From Octopus vulgaris (taxonomy: Eukaryota): DNA of 64,000 bases. Below are positions 1 through 14,170 of the stretch, in pieces. A program made the position numbers and the translations under genes. The DNA lies in assembly GCA_951406725.2 (NCBI GenBank), contig OX597832.1, forward strand, positions 8,804,001 to 8,868,000, in the 5' to 3' direction. How positions within the stretch are numbered: the first letter of the stretch is position 1; every line of letters begins with the position of its first letter. Below the pieces are notes generated by a model. That model made no database searches and had not been told where the DNA came from. It was given only the letters and a program-made list of their open reading frames with translations.

Positions 1-790
1 GTGGTATTTGGTATTTGGTAGTTTCTTGCTAAGAATGAAATGTTTATATTGTTGTGGTTGAGTATATGCGGATGCTGGTTGTGTGGTTGTCATGCAGAGT
101 GAGTGTGTTTATGAATGAGGGTTGTATGTGTGTGTGTGGGAGTATGAATAAGTAATGTGTTGAAGTATTTCGCTATTTTATTAATTTATCGTTGCCTAGA
201 TGTTTATGTGTATGTATAGAGATATATATGGGCGTGTGAGTTAGTGTATGTATTTAGATATGTTTATATATACTTAGATATATGTGTATGAGCATGTGTG
301 TATATATAGTTTATTTTTATTTTTGTTTTTTGTTTTTTGTTTTTTGTTTTTTGAAATTAGATTCTTCATCTTTAAATATGAGAACTTTAATAATAGGTTT
401 CTTTATATTCAATTGTTTATAGAGGATATTTTAGTTCTTGATTATATTATATATAGATTATATATAGATTATATATTTTTATATTTTTTAATTGATAAAT
501 TTATATTATTTATAGTTTTAGCCATTTTAAATTTATTTTTTTAAATATTGATATTTTTAGATATGAAATCCACCTGATGAATGTCATTTGAAGACAGGAA
601 ACAATTGTAGTGGCGATTTATTTACTTTATATTAATTTTTTTTTATGTATTGATTAAGTCTTTCCTTGTTTGATTTGCAAAATAGTGGTTTTGTCTCTAA
701 TTAATATTATATAATATTTTACTATACAATTGGATTCACTCCTAAATCTGATTTTTCCCTGTAAATTTGGATTTCCCTAATTCATTATAT
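1..790 (+). mobile_element. 3' end (UTR/pLTR) of a Penelope-like retroelement ending in a (TA)n tract
   Basis: T/G-rich low-complexity tract containing a canonical minimal hammerhead at 570-613, ending '...atttccctaattcat' directly against (TA)n. Same layout as the coding PLE ends at 33.7 kb and 58.3 kb. No coding part in the window. Confidence 0.6.
570..613 (+). ncRNA. Type I minimal hammerhead ribozyme (canonical core)
   Basis: CCAC-CTGATGA-a-TGTC-atttgaa-GACA-g-GAAA-CAATTG-TA-GTGG: stem I CCAC/GTGG, stem II TGTC/GACA, palindromic stem III ACAATTGT, GUA cleavage triplet (after 609). Confidence 0.85.
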
Positions 791-851
791 ATATATATAT
801 TATATATATATAATATATATATAATAGAGATATGTTAATTCCCTAATATTC

Positions 852-900
<49 letters not shown>
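785..900. repeat. (TA)n microsatellite, interrupted
   Basis: Direct inspection. Confidence 0.95.
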
Positions 901-908
<8 letters not shown>

Positions 909-1247
909 ATGTATACATATACACGTGTGTGTGATGTTAATTTTAAACGACTCTGAGTCTTTCATTACCTTGCGTCTATCTCTTCATTTCTTTCTTTCCT
1001 ACATTATTAAGATTGTAACAAATAATAAAAGGAGGAGTATATAATTTTGGAATGCTTTAAATGAACAGACAATATAGTTTGATGGTCTCAAGTTACGTTG
1101 TATCATTAAGCTTCAATAAGTGCGAAATAATGCTATCTGTAGCTACTTGGTCATAGAAAACGTGAACATTAATGAATTATAGGGAGATATTCGTTCATAT
1201 GTTCTCTCACTTGTCACAAAGTGACATCGCATTATAATATATCGGCA

Positions 1248-1400
1248 TCACTTGACAACCGATGCTGGTAAGCTAGTGATTTGGTAAAAGAGACCGATAG
1301 AATAAGTATAAGTTTAAGAAATAGGTTTGATTTCTTGAACTAACAGCCATTAAGGCGGTGCGACAGCATGGCCACATTCAAATGACTGAAACAAGTCAGA
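1248..1400 (+). mobile_element. SINE family A, 3' half
   Basis: cttgacaaccgatgctgg...gagaccgatagaataagta...aaatgactgaaacaag matches the reverse complement of the long copy at 16789-17344. Confidence 0.75.
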
Positions 1401-1419
1401 GAGTAGAAAAATAGAAGAA

Positions 1420-2480
1420 TACAAAACTTGAGAAAATCTTGCATATTTTACTATTCCACTGACAGGTTGTATTTGTCATGTGCAGCTTAAATGGTTTAGT
1501 TCTTTTGCAAACGATAGCCTATCCCTATTGTTTCTAGGGCATTGAGTTACAAAACCAAGCCCACCTATTATGATTGATATAAATTTCTCTTTATTACTTT
1601 ATTACTGGAGCTGATGTTTTCGAAGCGGTCGTCCATAGTTACTTTTCTTGTCTTTGATTTTCTAAGAGATATTCATATCAACAAGACAGCTGGCCACTGT
1701 GGCGGTGCCTACAGTTTCTTGTCTGTGCCAAACAAAAATATCCGACCTGTTAGATTTAAACTTGAGAGTCATTTTAGAAATTCCTTGTGTTGATGTTTAT
1801 ATATGTATTCGGGGATTCGCTACATATATTCCAACGCAATCATTTTCATTTTTCCAAATGGCATTGCATATTGCTTATTTTTTTCCACGACGTCTTGTTG
1901 TATAGGAAGGTAGAAACTTCATGACATTTTCGGGCAGCTTCTGAACGCATGAATGATGCCTTCCACAGAAATATGATGATATAATTTGCGTTTTCCGTTG
2001 CAACTACCATTTTGCTCTAAGAACTTTACTGTGTCTTTTGTTTAGCGATCCCCTGTACTTGTACTGAAAATGCATAGACTTCGAAGTGTGATACGATGCA
2101 GCAGTCAAGAATTCGAAAGAGGCTGCACTTCATGTCCATATCACTGTCTTCCTCAAGTCGTCGAGGCACATACATAGTCTTTCCAGATTGTTATGCTGTG
2201 CGTTTAACAACCAGTTCTGCTTTAAAGTATGTTTGTTCGGTTGTTTGAGGGTTTTATAAGAGGTTATCAAGAAGAGAGCGCTTCCTGGGAAACTCGCTGC
2301 CGATACTTAGGATATTATTCTCTTTATCCAGCACTGATGTTTGCTACTGTTTAGCATCTGCTATTTGAAAGAGACTATATAACATTCGAAGGATGTCTGC
2401 ACTGATATTAAGCTTCTACCTTTCTCCTCTCTTCTTTGCTAGAACATTACTACCTCAGTGGAGATTTCCGGTTAATAACC
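1420..2480 (-). mobile_element. Decayed RLE-type non-LTR retrotransposon (R4/Dong-like), 3' coding remnant
   Basis: Minus-strand translation with stops and frameshifts: RREEKGRSLISVQTSFEC, HAFRSCPKMS*SFYLPIQQDVV, TVASCLVDMNIS*KIKDKKSNYG, IGGLGFV. Same family as 10900-11795. Confidence 0.7.
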
Positions 2481-3444
2481 AGTCAGGTTTCAATTATAAT
2501 TATTTCAGTTGAAATGACATGTCTTAAAAATTCTTCTTCGTTTATATATCAAGTGGTTCTTGAACGTTAAACAAAATAGCTCCATTAATAAAATGTCTGT
2601 TATAGCGAAACATTTATATTACTGTAAAAAAAAAAAAAATTTATGCCAAACACATTCAAGATATATTCTTAAAAGAAACACTTTTAATTTCACTACACCT
2701 GATTGCAGTATCGAAACTTCCATTGACATATGAAGCAAAGAGATGTGTTGTTGAAAGGCACAATTTTCTTTCTCGTTCTTTATTGTAGCTGAAATTATAT
2801 AAAATGATATTTTATAAACTTATACATTATAAAATCATATATTTTCTTATATTTATCATAGAAATAAACTTAGTAGGAAAATAACTATGAATAGCAACAT
2901 TGTGGGTAGAATAAACAGTAATTGATTTATGAGACTGAGCGAAAGTGTATTCGATATGGATCGCAGTTGCAAACATATAGAAATAAAGGAAGTTCTTACT
3001 TATTTATTATGAAGAGAATGTCGCCAGAACTGTTTTGGATACATCTTCATTTCCGTATGAAAACGAAAGCGTTTAAATGACATGTCGTTTATTTTACTTA
3101 AATATGTACGGAATTATATGACAAATACACAGTTCAACAGACCGTAGTGTATTGTTGAATAGCGTATTTCATATATATATATATATAATTTGAAGGTTTT
3201 CGTAACGCATGTATTTGCTGTTATATATTATGTGGACCGAAAACGTACAAACTGAATGATTTCGAAATATTAGACTTGGTTAGACGTCAATTACAACTTT
3301 TACGATGTTATAGATGTTTATTACAAGTTATAGGACTCAATACCAATACAAACTAGCCGATGCAGACTCCCCGATATGTATACATACATACTTAAATACA
3401 TATATAAATATATACATACAAATATATATATACACACACTCACA

Positions 3445-3500
<56 letters not shown>

Positions 3501-3503
<3 letters not shown>

Positions 3504-3680
3504 AGAGTTTACGAAAAAAAAAACCGAAGACAGGTTATGTACCAAACAAACAGATGTATTAGTATAACGCTCAGGAATAGAAAAAGTCTTTTACGTTTCG
3601 AGCCTACGCTCTTCTACAGAAAGGGACACAGAAAACAAGGTGAGAAAAAAATGTGTAGTGGCTAACAATCTATCATGACG

Positions 3681-3684
<4 letters not shown>
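3501..3684 (-). mobile_element. Non-coding HHR-bearing mini-element (family H1) inserted in (TA)n
   Basis: Flanked by (TA)n on both sides, closely similar to 27639-27833, HHR-like motif at 3588-3623. Confidence 0.8.
3588..3623 (-). ncRNA. Minimal hammerhead-like motif, variant core CUGUAGA
   Basis: Minus strand CTTT-CTGTAGA-A-GAGC-GTAG-GCTC-GAAA-C-GTA-AAAG: stems I and II perfect, stem III reduced to palindromic ACGT, A6U core change. Confidence 0.65.
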
Positions 3685-3718
<34 letters not shown>

Positions 3719-6700
3719 GCATATACGTACGCATGTAATTATATAAACGTATAATTGTACATATGCACGGAATGACACTGATTCATAAACATTCATAAAT
3801 ATTTAGTATATACACATCTACAAAGATATATGTAATTATGTTTCTATGTATGTATCTATTTATATATCTATATATATGATGATTAAATGAAAGATCCAAG
3901 GATCCATGTGTAGGCTGGCAGTTAGTTTCGGGCAGTCCGTAGAAGGTGTAAATATATAACTTTCAGGATACTGGTCTATTGACGTAGAAGATTGTAAATT
4001 TTTGCAGTTCACGGTTAGCAACTGGTATTGCTATATGTGGGAATAAAAATACAAATTTTGGGAATGGAGCAGGTACAATCCAGGCTACATATGTTTCCTA
4101 AGTAGCAGAATCTCGGCGGTAGTAATTACTCAACGTATGATACTCCACTAGCTGCTCATCAACCCAAAAATACATTACTGAAATGAAGGCGACATTGTCG
4201 CCAAAGGACCCCAACTTAAATCTCAATATGTGTATATATGTGTGTATGTGTTTTTGTGTGTATGTGTGTATTTGTATGGGTGCGTACGTGTTATTTAATG
4301 CTTTGCATGTATCTTATACAATGTTATAGTTTCAGTGTTAATGTCTGATGTCATTGCAGTTATTAAACAAGTATACCACAAGCACAAACACGTATGACTA
4401 TGCGTTGCGCAGTTTGGCTGCTTTGTCCATCTGTTATAACATGTTAATTTTCCAGCATTAACATAATAGATATGATAGTTTTTCCATTAAGTATGAGAAC
4501 TATTTCACTTGTCATTAATTTCTGAATATTACTGCCATCAGAAATGTGATAAACTATGGTTAGCGGCTCACCGAGCTGAACAGTACCTCTCTTCTTTTGA
4601 ATTGCAAATGACCTACTGTTATCATGTAGCCAGAGTGCAGAGAATATCGACAGAATCTGTGAATGTAATGGAGCACTTATATACATGTGCGATTATAAAT
4701 TATTTAAAAAATTTGTGTTTTTAAATAGCTCTTCTAGGTTATATGTGTGTATATATGTCTATGTGTGCGATGGTGTCTAATGTCGTTACTCTGTGTATTT
4801 GTAAAAATCATTCTGGTAACGAAAATCGTTAAGACGTCTTATTCAGTACATTTGTTGTTAAACAATTAAGACAAATTATATTCTCAAGAAATAAAAAAAA
4901 AATTGCATTTTTCTCAGTCTTTGTTGATGTTCGTAGCCTTTTCCTTCTGTACGTTAGTAACTTGATCACCTATTCAGAAAATTTCTGTCGAAAGAACGCA
5001 TTGATAAAAGCGAATTTCGTTATAAAGCCTCTCTGGTTTATTTTGTTATATTGGGAAAGAAACGGAAAAAAAAGAAGACTCTCGATCCGATATTTGATAA
5101 TAAATGGATGAATTTAGTGTTGCCTATGAACTGTGAAGACTAGATTTCAAATGTAAAGAAGAGGCAAATTGCAAAGGAAAAGTTAAATTTGGATTCATTC
5201 CAGGAATAACTTCAAACGCAATTGCTTTCATTACCCTTGTGTAAGATGTCTGTTCATATGCGTGTGCGGTAGAGAAATCAGTTCAGAAGGAATCAGCGGA
5301 AGATTTTGAAACGATATTTATAAAATAGTTAAAAATTGCATAGTGCTTTGAAAACGCAAAGTTTCTAATAACGAGTATCTTTATTTAGTATAGCACTGAT
5401 GAACAAAGTGTATAACAGTACTAAGATATGTAGACTGCAGCGGGTTATTTTTGAGGTGGGCCATGTTTACTAGATATTGGCAGATACATTCCGTAGGGAA
5501 CAGTTTATCGTAATTAAGATCAAGAGTTCTGTTAGCTATGCGAGTTATCTATTTTACAAATATATTGATTATTATAGTTGCTAACATATCAAACAGAGTT
5601 TTGATTGAAGAATTTAATTTTCTTCTTTTCTTTGAAGATGGTGCAATTATTTCGTTATCGTTTCTGATCTCAGTTCAGTGAGAGCTAAATGAAGTGAAAT
5701 GATATGAATACACATTTGCTAGAAGATCGGGCCATTGTCAATGCATCTGATCGTAAAATGTATGACCCCAGTTTTAAAGTTTCATTCAATATAATAATCT
5801 AATATTTGAGCAATTTCATTAACCATCCTATTAACACAGTATCGATTAAACATGTTTACATAAGAGACGGGTTATTTGCATAAATATTTATTTTATGTTT
5901 ACATATGTTTTCCGATTCTTTTATATAAAAATTCCCGTTGAAACTTTAATAAAACACGATATTCAAGTGAAAAAGATGGACATATATATTTATACCAACA
6001 TTTCTGACGATTTCAGGAAAATAATATTAAATACTTAACCTTTTATAAATACATTTATGTGTTTGTGTATACACTTATTTACGCTAAGTCAAGTTACTTC
6101 ATTTCTGTCTATGATGAAAATCAAATATTTGTCTCGTTAAGTATAGAATAACTTATATATTTATAACACACTGAAACCACAAGCATAATGAGGAAAAGAA
6201 AAAAAATCCTCCCAGTTAGGGGAAAATCTAAGGGTTAAAAACTTCAACGAAACATCCACATTGACTGTAAAAGTAGACCGACTTATCCAATACAAATAAA
6301 AACTTATTCGCCATTGAAATGAAATTACGACATGCGAGGACTATTAACTGTCACATAGATACAGGTTGATATTGTAAACGACTAGTAGGCAATTAGAACA
6401 AGATTATAATCAATTTTTTTTTTAATGAACACAATTTTACAACAAATTAATTCTAAGCAGCAATATTTTGCAAAGATTAACAGCCAATATAGAAAGATCT
6501 TGTTACAGGAAATATGAACCATGTCATATCCGAAAAATGTTTTCTTAGTGTCTTTTCCTAAAAATAGAAAATTATAACATTAAATAAAATATAAAATGAA
6601 CTTGACGAATAAAAAGTAATTTTGTTTCTTATTTGCAGAAGATTATTTTTACTTCTTTGGAGGAAAATATTCCAAGATATAATTATCTAAATGATGGAAC

Positions 6701-9239
6701 CCAATTACAGACATTTTCTCTAATATTTACGTTTCTCCGCAAATCATGTAAGATCGCACTAAATGGAAGCAAACAGATTTATAATGTTTGGATAAACTGA
6801 AATTATAGTGGCATGTCCTTTTTAATTAAAAGGTGAGTTTCACTTTTTCGAAATTTTTGGAAATTAGTACACTGTTTGAATACGGTGACAGAGATGAGCA
6901 TTATTTGTTGACAGGGAAATAAAGAGAATCAGCTTCAAGTGATTTTGAGAATTGCCGTTTTCAGACGTACAATAATCACATTTAGTCTTGTATGGTAACA
7001 TCTCAAAAATGCTGATTAAAATATTTTCTTGCCACTGTCAAACAGCTATCAGATGAGTACGTAGGAATACATTTAAATTTAAAAAATACGGATTTATAAG
7101 AAACAGAAATAATATATCAATGTGTTAATGATTAAACTGTATACAATTCTAAATTGGAGTTTTTTTTTTCCTCGCCGCAAAATGAATATTTGTATACCAT
7201 AACATACATAACCTATTTATTCGATAATATACAAATATCGTTTCTGCAGTTTGAAGGCAAAACTCCAATTTTAATGTATGTTATGACCTATGATAGCTCA
7301 TCATGTAGCTCAATATAAACTTCGCCACTTTTTTTTTTACCAGATTGAGATTAAATACCCTTAAATAGAGATGTACATATACCGATAGAATTGTGTTTCA
7401 TGTGATTTAACTTGAAATAGTATGTTTCAAGCAAGGCTGCACTCATATTCCTTAACTAGGAAGCAAACAGAAATGCATATCACGATAGATATATACATTG
7501 AGAGAGATAACGATGCAGCAATGAAAAATCCATATGGTCTCTTCAAATACGTTATCTGCTAGAAACAGAAGCCACACGTCCTTAATGTCATGTCCGTCAG
7601 GTTTAACAGCGAATGAAAGATAATGCCTATGAAAATACCAGCAGGTAGTACCTCGAAAGCTATTGTTCATAGACCTAATTGATCAGATTTGAGCTGGAGT
7701 ACGCATTTCGAACATCAATTGAGACATAATACGGTAGCTATTATCAATATCTTTGTGAACTTATGTTGAATAAACAATTCCTCTACAAACAAATGAAGCG
7801 AAAGCAGATATGTGAACTCTAAATGTGTTATATTACAATTAACAGATGTAAAATTTAAAACGCATTTCCGTCATTGAAATATTATAGTTTTATTGATCAA
7901 TACTGTAATGATATCTACTTACATGGATATATTGCACAAATATATTAATAATGAAGTAAAATAAGGAATAATTTAAGCTTAGCGTAGAGAAAGAATGCTA
8001 GGTTAACAAATAACTACTGTATTTAAATTTCTAAAACATTTCAAATTCAATGAAAATTTTTAAAAATGAAACAATTGATGGGAATAATTTTGAAGCTCTG
8101 TCCAACTAATAAGCCATATACTATTGCAACATTCAGATATTGGACAAAAAATAAACGGGCTTAGAAACGAAATGGTAGAATGAACTGGTAAATAGTAAAT
8201 ATTTGAGGTTCATTTCAACAACAAACAACATTGAGATATACAATCATTTACTTCTCATCAGGATTTAGACTAATGTAGGGAACAAATACAAGAATCAGTC
8301 TCAGTCTGATATTATATTTATGTTCATGAATAATAAAATGATTAGAAGACAACTTAAGATACGAAAAAACCCACTAAAGAACTGATTTATGTGTTCCACT
8401 GTATAGCTTGTGATCAGTATACTTCAGCTAAGCTTTAAATATCATAAAACATTTGTTATAAATTGCAATCGATTTTCGGAAATACTTGTTGACATATTCG
8501 AAACTATGACCGAACATAAGAGTCTGTAGATGTCTGCTCGCTGTTGGGGGTTAACTCATAAATGCCAGAACTTGATGTAACAGCTACATTCGGGTAAATA
8601 AATCTAATGCTGTTTAGCCATCAGCTATTTTATAAAGTTTTCTGTTACGATTATTTGAATGGATAAACAACGGAAAGAGGAGTTGAGATGGATGTTTTTT
8701 TTTCTTCTTCTTCATATTAGTAGAGGTAATCGGCATTGGAGATATATATTTAGATGCAAAAATATACATTCATATATATCTGCCTACCTACCTTTCTTTC
8801 TCTCCCCCTTTCTATCACCCTAAATTCCTCTCTCTCACTCACTTTCTCTTGCTCTAGACACACACATACATATATAAACGTACATACATACGTTCATAAG
8901 TATATACATTCACGCCTTTTAACAAGGTAATTTTATGGAGTATATGAAATAATCGTGCTGTATATAACTACAATATATACCTGAATACACACATATATAT
9001 ATATTTATATGTATATGTACATAGCGATTAATTAAAATATGTACGTATATAGGTATGTAGGCTTATATGCGCAGGAACAAATTCATATGTCTATCTGCGT
9101 TCGCATTACTCTGTATATGTAGAGACAAAATCGTTTGTTATGTAAGTATATAGTAAGCATCCGTATATATATATCTTATCATTGCGTAGAATATATGCAT
9201 TTATATGGATATATATAATCCACATAATACATATGCATC

Positions 9240-9245
9240 CATATA

Positions 9246-9320
<75 letters not shown>

Positions 9321-9371
9321 CAAATATAAATATATATATATATATATATAATATATATATATAAATAAATA

Positions 9372-9416
<45 letters not shown>

Positions 9417-9420
9417 ATAT
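9240..9420. repeat. (TA)n/(TG)n microsatellite
   Basis: Direct inspection; source of the spurious YIYI ORFs. Confidence 0.95.
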
Positions 9421-9871
9421 ATACCCACACACAGATGCCAATAGCCAAGAATATATCTTTCAATGCGCACAAAATATAACGAAAAAGAAACATTCCAAAA
9501 TTCCAGGAAACGGACAGAGACAGAAAAAAGTTGTACGTGTGTTTGTGGGCGTGCGTGCATGTGTCTCGGTCTCTCGTATAAATACGCACTCTCACATATA
9601 TGCGCATGTGTATTCGTGTGCATTTGTGAATGTGAAATCAATACAATTTACCTGATACGATTTAGCTGTCAGCGATGAGTTCATAAACTCAGTTTGAAAC
9701 TTTCTCTGCTTACAAAAGTGTTTACTTAACTTCATTTTGTAGCCTGTATGTTTAGTTCTTCAAAAGCCATAATAACTTATCATCCGAATATTCTATCCAC
9801 TCCCGCTAAATCTATCAATGTAAGTATAAACCATCAAATTCAGTTATTTTGGCTTCCAAACTTTCATTGTG

Positions 9872-9882
9872 AATATATATAT

Positions 9883-9962
<80 letters not shown>

Positions 9963-10011
9963 TATACATATATATATATACATATATATATATACATATA
10001 TACATACATAT

Positions 10012-10068
<57 letters not shown>

Positions 10069-10125
10069 CACATATATATATACACTTATATACATATATA
10101 TATATGTGTGTGTGTGCATACACAT
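9872..10125. repeat. (TA)n/(TACA)n compound microsatellite
   Basis: Direct inspection. Confidence 0.95.
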
Positions 10126-10132
10126 ATGAATG

Positions 10133-10695
10133 TAGAATGGTGGAACAACAATGCATCAATATTTACTGGAAATAGCAGTCGAAATTATGCGACGCTTTAG
10201 TAAGGTTTCACCGTATATATGCTGGCAAAGAAGTTTATGCCAGCGAACATAAAATGTTTTCATTTTTCCTGTAAGAAGAACATTAGGTAAATATACAACC
10301 CAGAACTGGATAATCTAGGACCTAGGTTTCGAACTCTCCGAAATACGTTAGTTAACGTAAATTTGATTAGTTCTCCTTAGCTAGATTCAGTGACAAAAAA
10401 TTTCGAATGTCGCTGTATCCCTCGTAGTCTACTCACCTGAAAGACTAAACGTTAACAGAACCGAGAACAGCGAAAAAAAAATTATTAAATAGTGCAATAG
10501 TAGTGCTATCTAGTAGAATAATGCACCATACGCATAAAGAGTAAATATAGAATGGTAGTACAACGCCGCACCAATATTTACTGGAAATAGCAGTCGATAA
10601 TATACGACGCTTTAGTGAAGCTTCACCGTAAATATAATAGCAAAGTTGTCCCTGTGCAGCAAACATAAAGTGTTTCATCTTACCCGTGGGAAGAA
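10133..10695 (+). repeat. Diverged ~150-bp direct repeat (10133-10280 and 10547-10695)
   Basis: Shared blocks tagaatggt, caatatttactggaaatagcagtcga, cgacgctttagt, ttcaccgta, aacataaa, gaagaa in the same order. Confidence 0.85.
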
Positions 10696-10899
10696 AATTA
10701 AACAACATCATAAGACATGGAAGGCAGCACCTTGAGCAACATTCTTTTCTTATAACCTAGTATACATGCCCCAAAAAGTCGCACGATTCTACCGCAACGT
10801 ATCATCTGAAAAAAGGAAGAGGTATATGAGCAGAATACTATCCATAGATATGTTAGTAGACAGCTCCGATATTATGGTAACATTGATAATGAAAGCAGT

Positions 10900-11795
10900 C
10901 TATAATTGATCAATAGCCGGATTACTACTTCCCACTTTGAAGGGTAAGCGTTTGCAAATCAGGAATAGAAAACATCAACGAGATACCAGATGCATAAAAG
11001 AGATAGAGATACAGGAAAAGCTGTAAAATGTGACAACCGATGCGGTCTTTGTGGAGTCAACACCGAAGATATCACCCACATCATAAGGAGTTGTCCGAAA
11101 ATGTCATCTACTGATAAAAAGTGGTTGTAGCTTGCACACTCTATAATGAAATCCGTCGGATTGCTAGACTCGACGACAACGAAGTAAGAACCCACGATAT
11201 GGTAGAAGCCATTGCCACTCATGATAAAAAGAAATACTTTTGGAATGTGCCAGTGAAGACCTCAATAATATGTAAGCACAACAGACCTGATATTATGATA
11301 GAGAAGAGAAACTGTGCACAATTGTGTAAAGTTGCTCCCCAGCCGATGTTAACATAAACCTGAAGAAAAGTGAAAAAGAGAATACCTACGGTGAACTGTT
11401 GAGGAATCTGCAGTTGCTCTATACCTGTAATTATTGGGGCGCTGTGATATGTAATACACTCCCAACATACCAATCCGGAGAAATTAGGCTTCTCAAAATC
11501 AGATAGGAGAAAGCTAATTGGAAGACTAGAAATCCACTCCATCACTGGAACTGTATAAATCATTAAAAAAATTTTCAGAAGTTTATCATTTAAATATATA
11601 TGAGCATGTTTAGATATGCAACTCTACGCATGAGGATATGTTCATAAAACAAGACTTATAAATCTTCACATATATATACATGCAAAGATACCCTGTTGCT
11701 GATGTTAAAGGTCGAATGAAGGAGCCTTGTCTCTAGTTTAGAAATAGTCTGTTTTTCTATTTGCAAGAAATCTTGAAATAAAACTGAACAATGAC
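10900..11795 (+). mobile_element. Decayed RLE-type non-LTR retrotransposon (R4/Dong-like), 3' end
   Basis: Zn knuckle RCGLCGVNTEDITHIIRSCPKMSS, KHNRPDIMI (RLE PD motif), EKENTYGELLRNLQL, IIGAL, then 3' UTR ending aataaaactgaacaatgacatac. Confidence 0.8.
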
Positions 11796-11821
11796 ATACC
11801 TATATGTAAACATATACATCT

Positions 11822-12010
11822 GTTCTTTTATTTGTTTCAGTCGTATGACTGAGAGCGCCTGGGAGCGACTTTAATCGAAGAAATCGAACCCAGAAATTTG
11901 TAAGCCTAAATCTATCGGTCTATTTTGACAAAGCGCTAAATAATGATGACGTAAACACAAGCATATCGATTACCAAGCGAAGATGTGGTGAAAAGTAAGG
12001 AGACAAGTAT
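11822..12010 (-). mobile_element. SINE family A, 3' half (degenerate)
   Basis: tttgtttcagtc...gaagaaatcgaacccag...ctatcggtctattttg matches 16795-16950. Confidence 0.65.
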
Positions 12011-12061
12011 AAATAAATAAATAATATATACGTGTGTGTGTGTGTGTGTGTGTGTGTGTAT

Positions 12062-14170
12062 TGTTGCAGTGAAAATAGTACTCCCCTTCTCACATGACAC
12101 CGTTAAAGTCAGATAGTCAGTTGTTGAAGGAAGTCAGTAGTAGAGACGTTTTACAAGTTCTCAGCTGGAGTGAGTCTCAGTTGCGTGTTATATACGAGTT
12201 GGAGTTACCATCAAGGTTGACGTTATAAAGTCATTACCTTGCGGAACTATCCGCGATAGCACGATAAACGAGTCAAAGATAATAAGATGTGGAATAGCAG
12301 AACAACACAAGTGTGGTGATAAAAATATTACAGTGCCGACAATAACATATAAGTGGACGAGAATCTAAATATAACTGTGCCGACGAGGATGTAAACAACT
12401 GACGCGGACAACGTTGACAAAATTTTTTTTTTTTTTCACGGGAAAATAAGCAATTCACACGGAAGATATTGAAAGATTTTTCCCGTGCAGAAATTTAAAA
12501 ACTCCGCAGAAGTGTAACAAACATTTTTGATGTACATATTTTACAAAATGTCCGTAAAATTATGGAAAACGTGCTGGAGGTTGTAGTTGAGTTGCAAAAC
12601 AACATCAACAAGAACAAAAATAACTCAAAGAACTACAAGAAAAATAAGAACAACAAAAAATGTTACAGCAACAATTACTACAATTAATGAAGTTGATAAC
12701 AAATCCTGAAAATACGTTTTCAGACCATGTAGAAAATTCAATAAATGAATTTAAATATGACCCGGAAGCAGGGGTAATTTTCGAGGCATATTAGCGAAGA
12801 TATAAACAAATTTTCGAAAAAAGAATGATGAAACTGGACAGATGAAATGAAAACGCTTCTAATTCTGAGGACACTGACAAAGATACAGCATGAGAAATAC
12901 TGTAACTTTAGGTTGCCGTAAGTTTCTGACATAAATTTCACGGACACAGTTAACAGATTGTAAGATGTTCAGTGAAAAATCATCGAAATTCAACACTCAT
13001 TGAATACGGCGAAAAGCGATGACGAAGACTTTGTCTCATATGCGGGTAAAGAGAACAGAGAATGCGAGAGATTTCAACTGGATAAACTCCAGGCTCATTC
13101 AAGTGCCTGAATTTTGTTCAAGGACTTACTACTAAATAGGACGCAGAAGCCAGACCGAAAATTTTGGCCAAGCTGGAAATGAACCAGGATATAACTCTCC
13201 AGAAACTGTCAGAAGTGTGCGATATAATATTAAAAGTATGGCACGATACAGAAGAAATTCAACAACAAGAGATACATCCAAGTATGGTAGGCACCTCAGA
13301 AAAGAGTGTCCGTTCAAAAGAGCAAAGTGTCCTCGTTGTGGGATCACAGGGGACATGACGTCGCACTGCAGAACTAAGATAACGAAAAACTGGACTAAGC
13401 GAGATAAAATAAATTGTTTGTCATCAGAGTAAAAGTTTGTACAGCGAATATAAAATTAATCAGGGTGAGAATCGAAACCACTTGTGTCAAAATGCAATTA
13501 TACACGGGTAATGACATCATTATCATAAATCAAGAAGTATCGTAACATATCGGTAAGTCGACATTATTTAAATCAAATAAAGTAGCATATAGTGTTACAG
13601 GAAATCAATTATATTTCATCGGTGAATACATTTGCAACGTAACTTTTCGAGGTAAAATGAAACGGAAAAAAATTACTAAAACTATTTCGCACAGAATGCA
13701 TCGAGTTATTTAAAATGTGGTATACCCTCACTAGTGTTCTCCGTGAAAATGTAGTCGGCACGGTTAAAAGTTCGAATGATGTCGAACAACTAAGGCAAAC
13801 AAATTAAAAATTGCTTCCAAATGTTTTTGGTAAGGATTATGCTGTTGCACTAAAAGAAAAACGAAGATCACTGTAAAAGAAGAGGCAACACCTGTTTTTA
13901 TTCCCAAACGGAATAAAAAGCTGGAAAGACTAGAAAGTCTAGATGTATAAAGGTCGACCATTCAGACTGGGTAGCTCCGTCGATTTATGTAAAGAAAAAG
14001 AAAAATAAGAGTGTATGCCGACCTTTCAACTGAATTAAATAACTGTTTAGTCGAACGCAATTACTCGTTGCTAAGCGAAGAAGCGTTCTCAAAACTAAAT
14101 GGAAGATAAATTATCTCGAAGCTAGACCTCTCGGAGGCCTACCTACTGATACAGGTAGATGAAGATACGC
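12062..14170 (+). mobile_element. Decayed Gypsy/Ty3 LTR retrotransposon: putative 5' LTR, PBS, gag, protease, N-terminal RT
   Basis: TG-started LTR-like tract 12062-12375, PBS-like tgtgccgacgagga at ~12376, gag knuckles HLRKECPFKRAKCPRCGITGDMTSHC (13293-13370), protease-like KMQLYTGNDIIII (~13490), RT motifs DWVAPSIYVKKK, RVYAD, SKLDLSEAYLLIQVDED (13965-14166). Many stops and frameshifts. Confidence 0.8.

Noticed and set aside
9106-10200. YIYI/CVCV-type ORFs here and throughout the window
   Set aside because: Translations of (TA)n, (TG)n and (TACA)n microsatellites.
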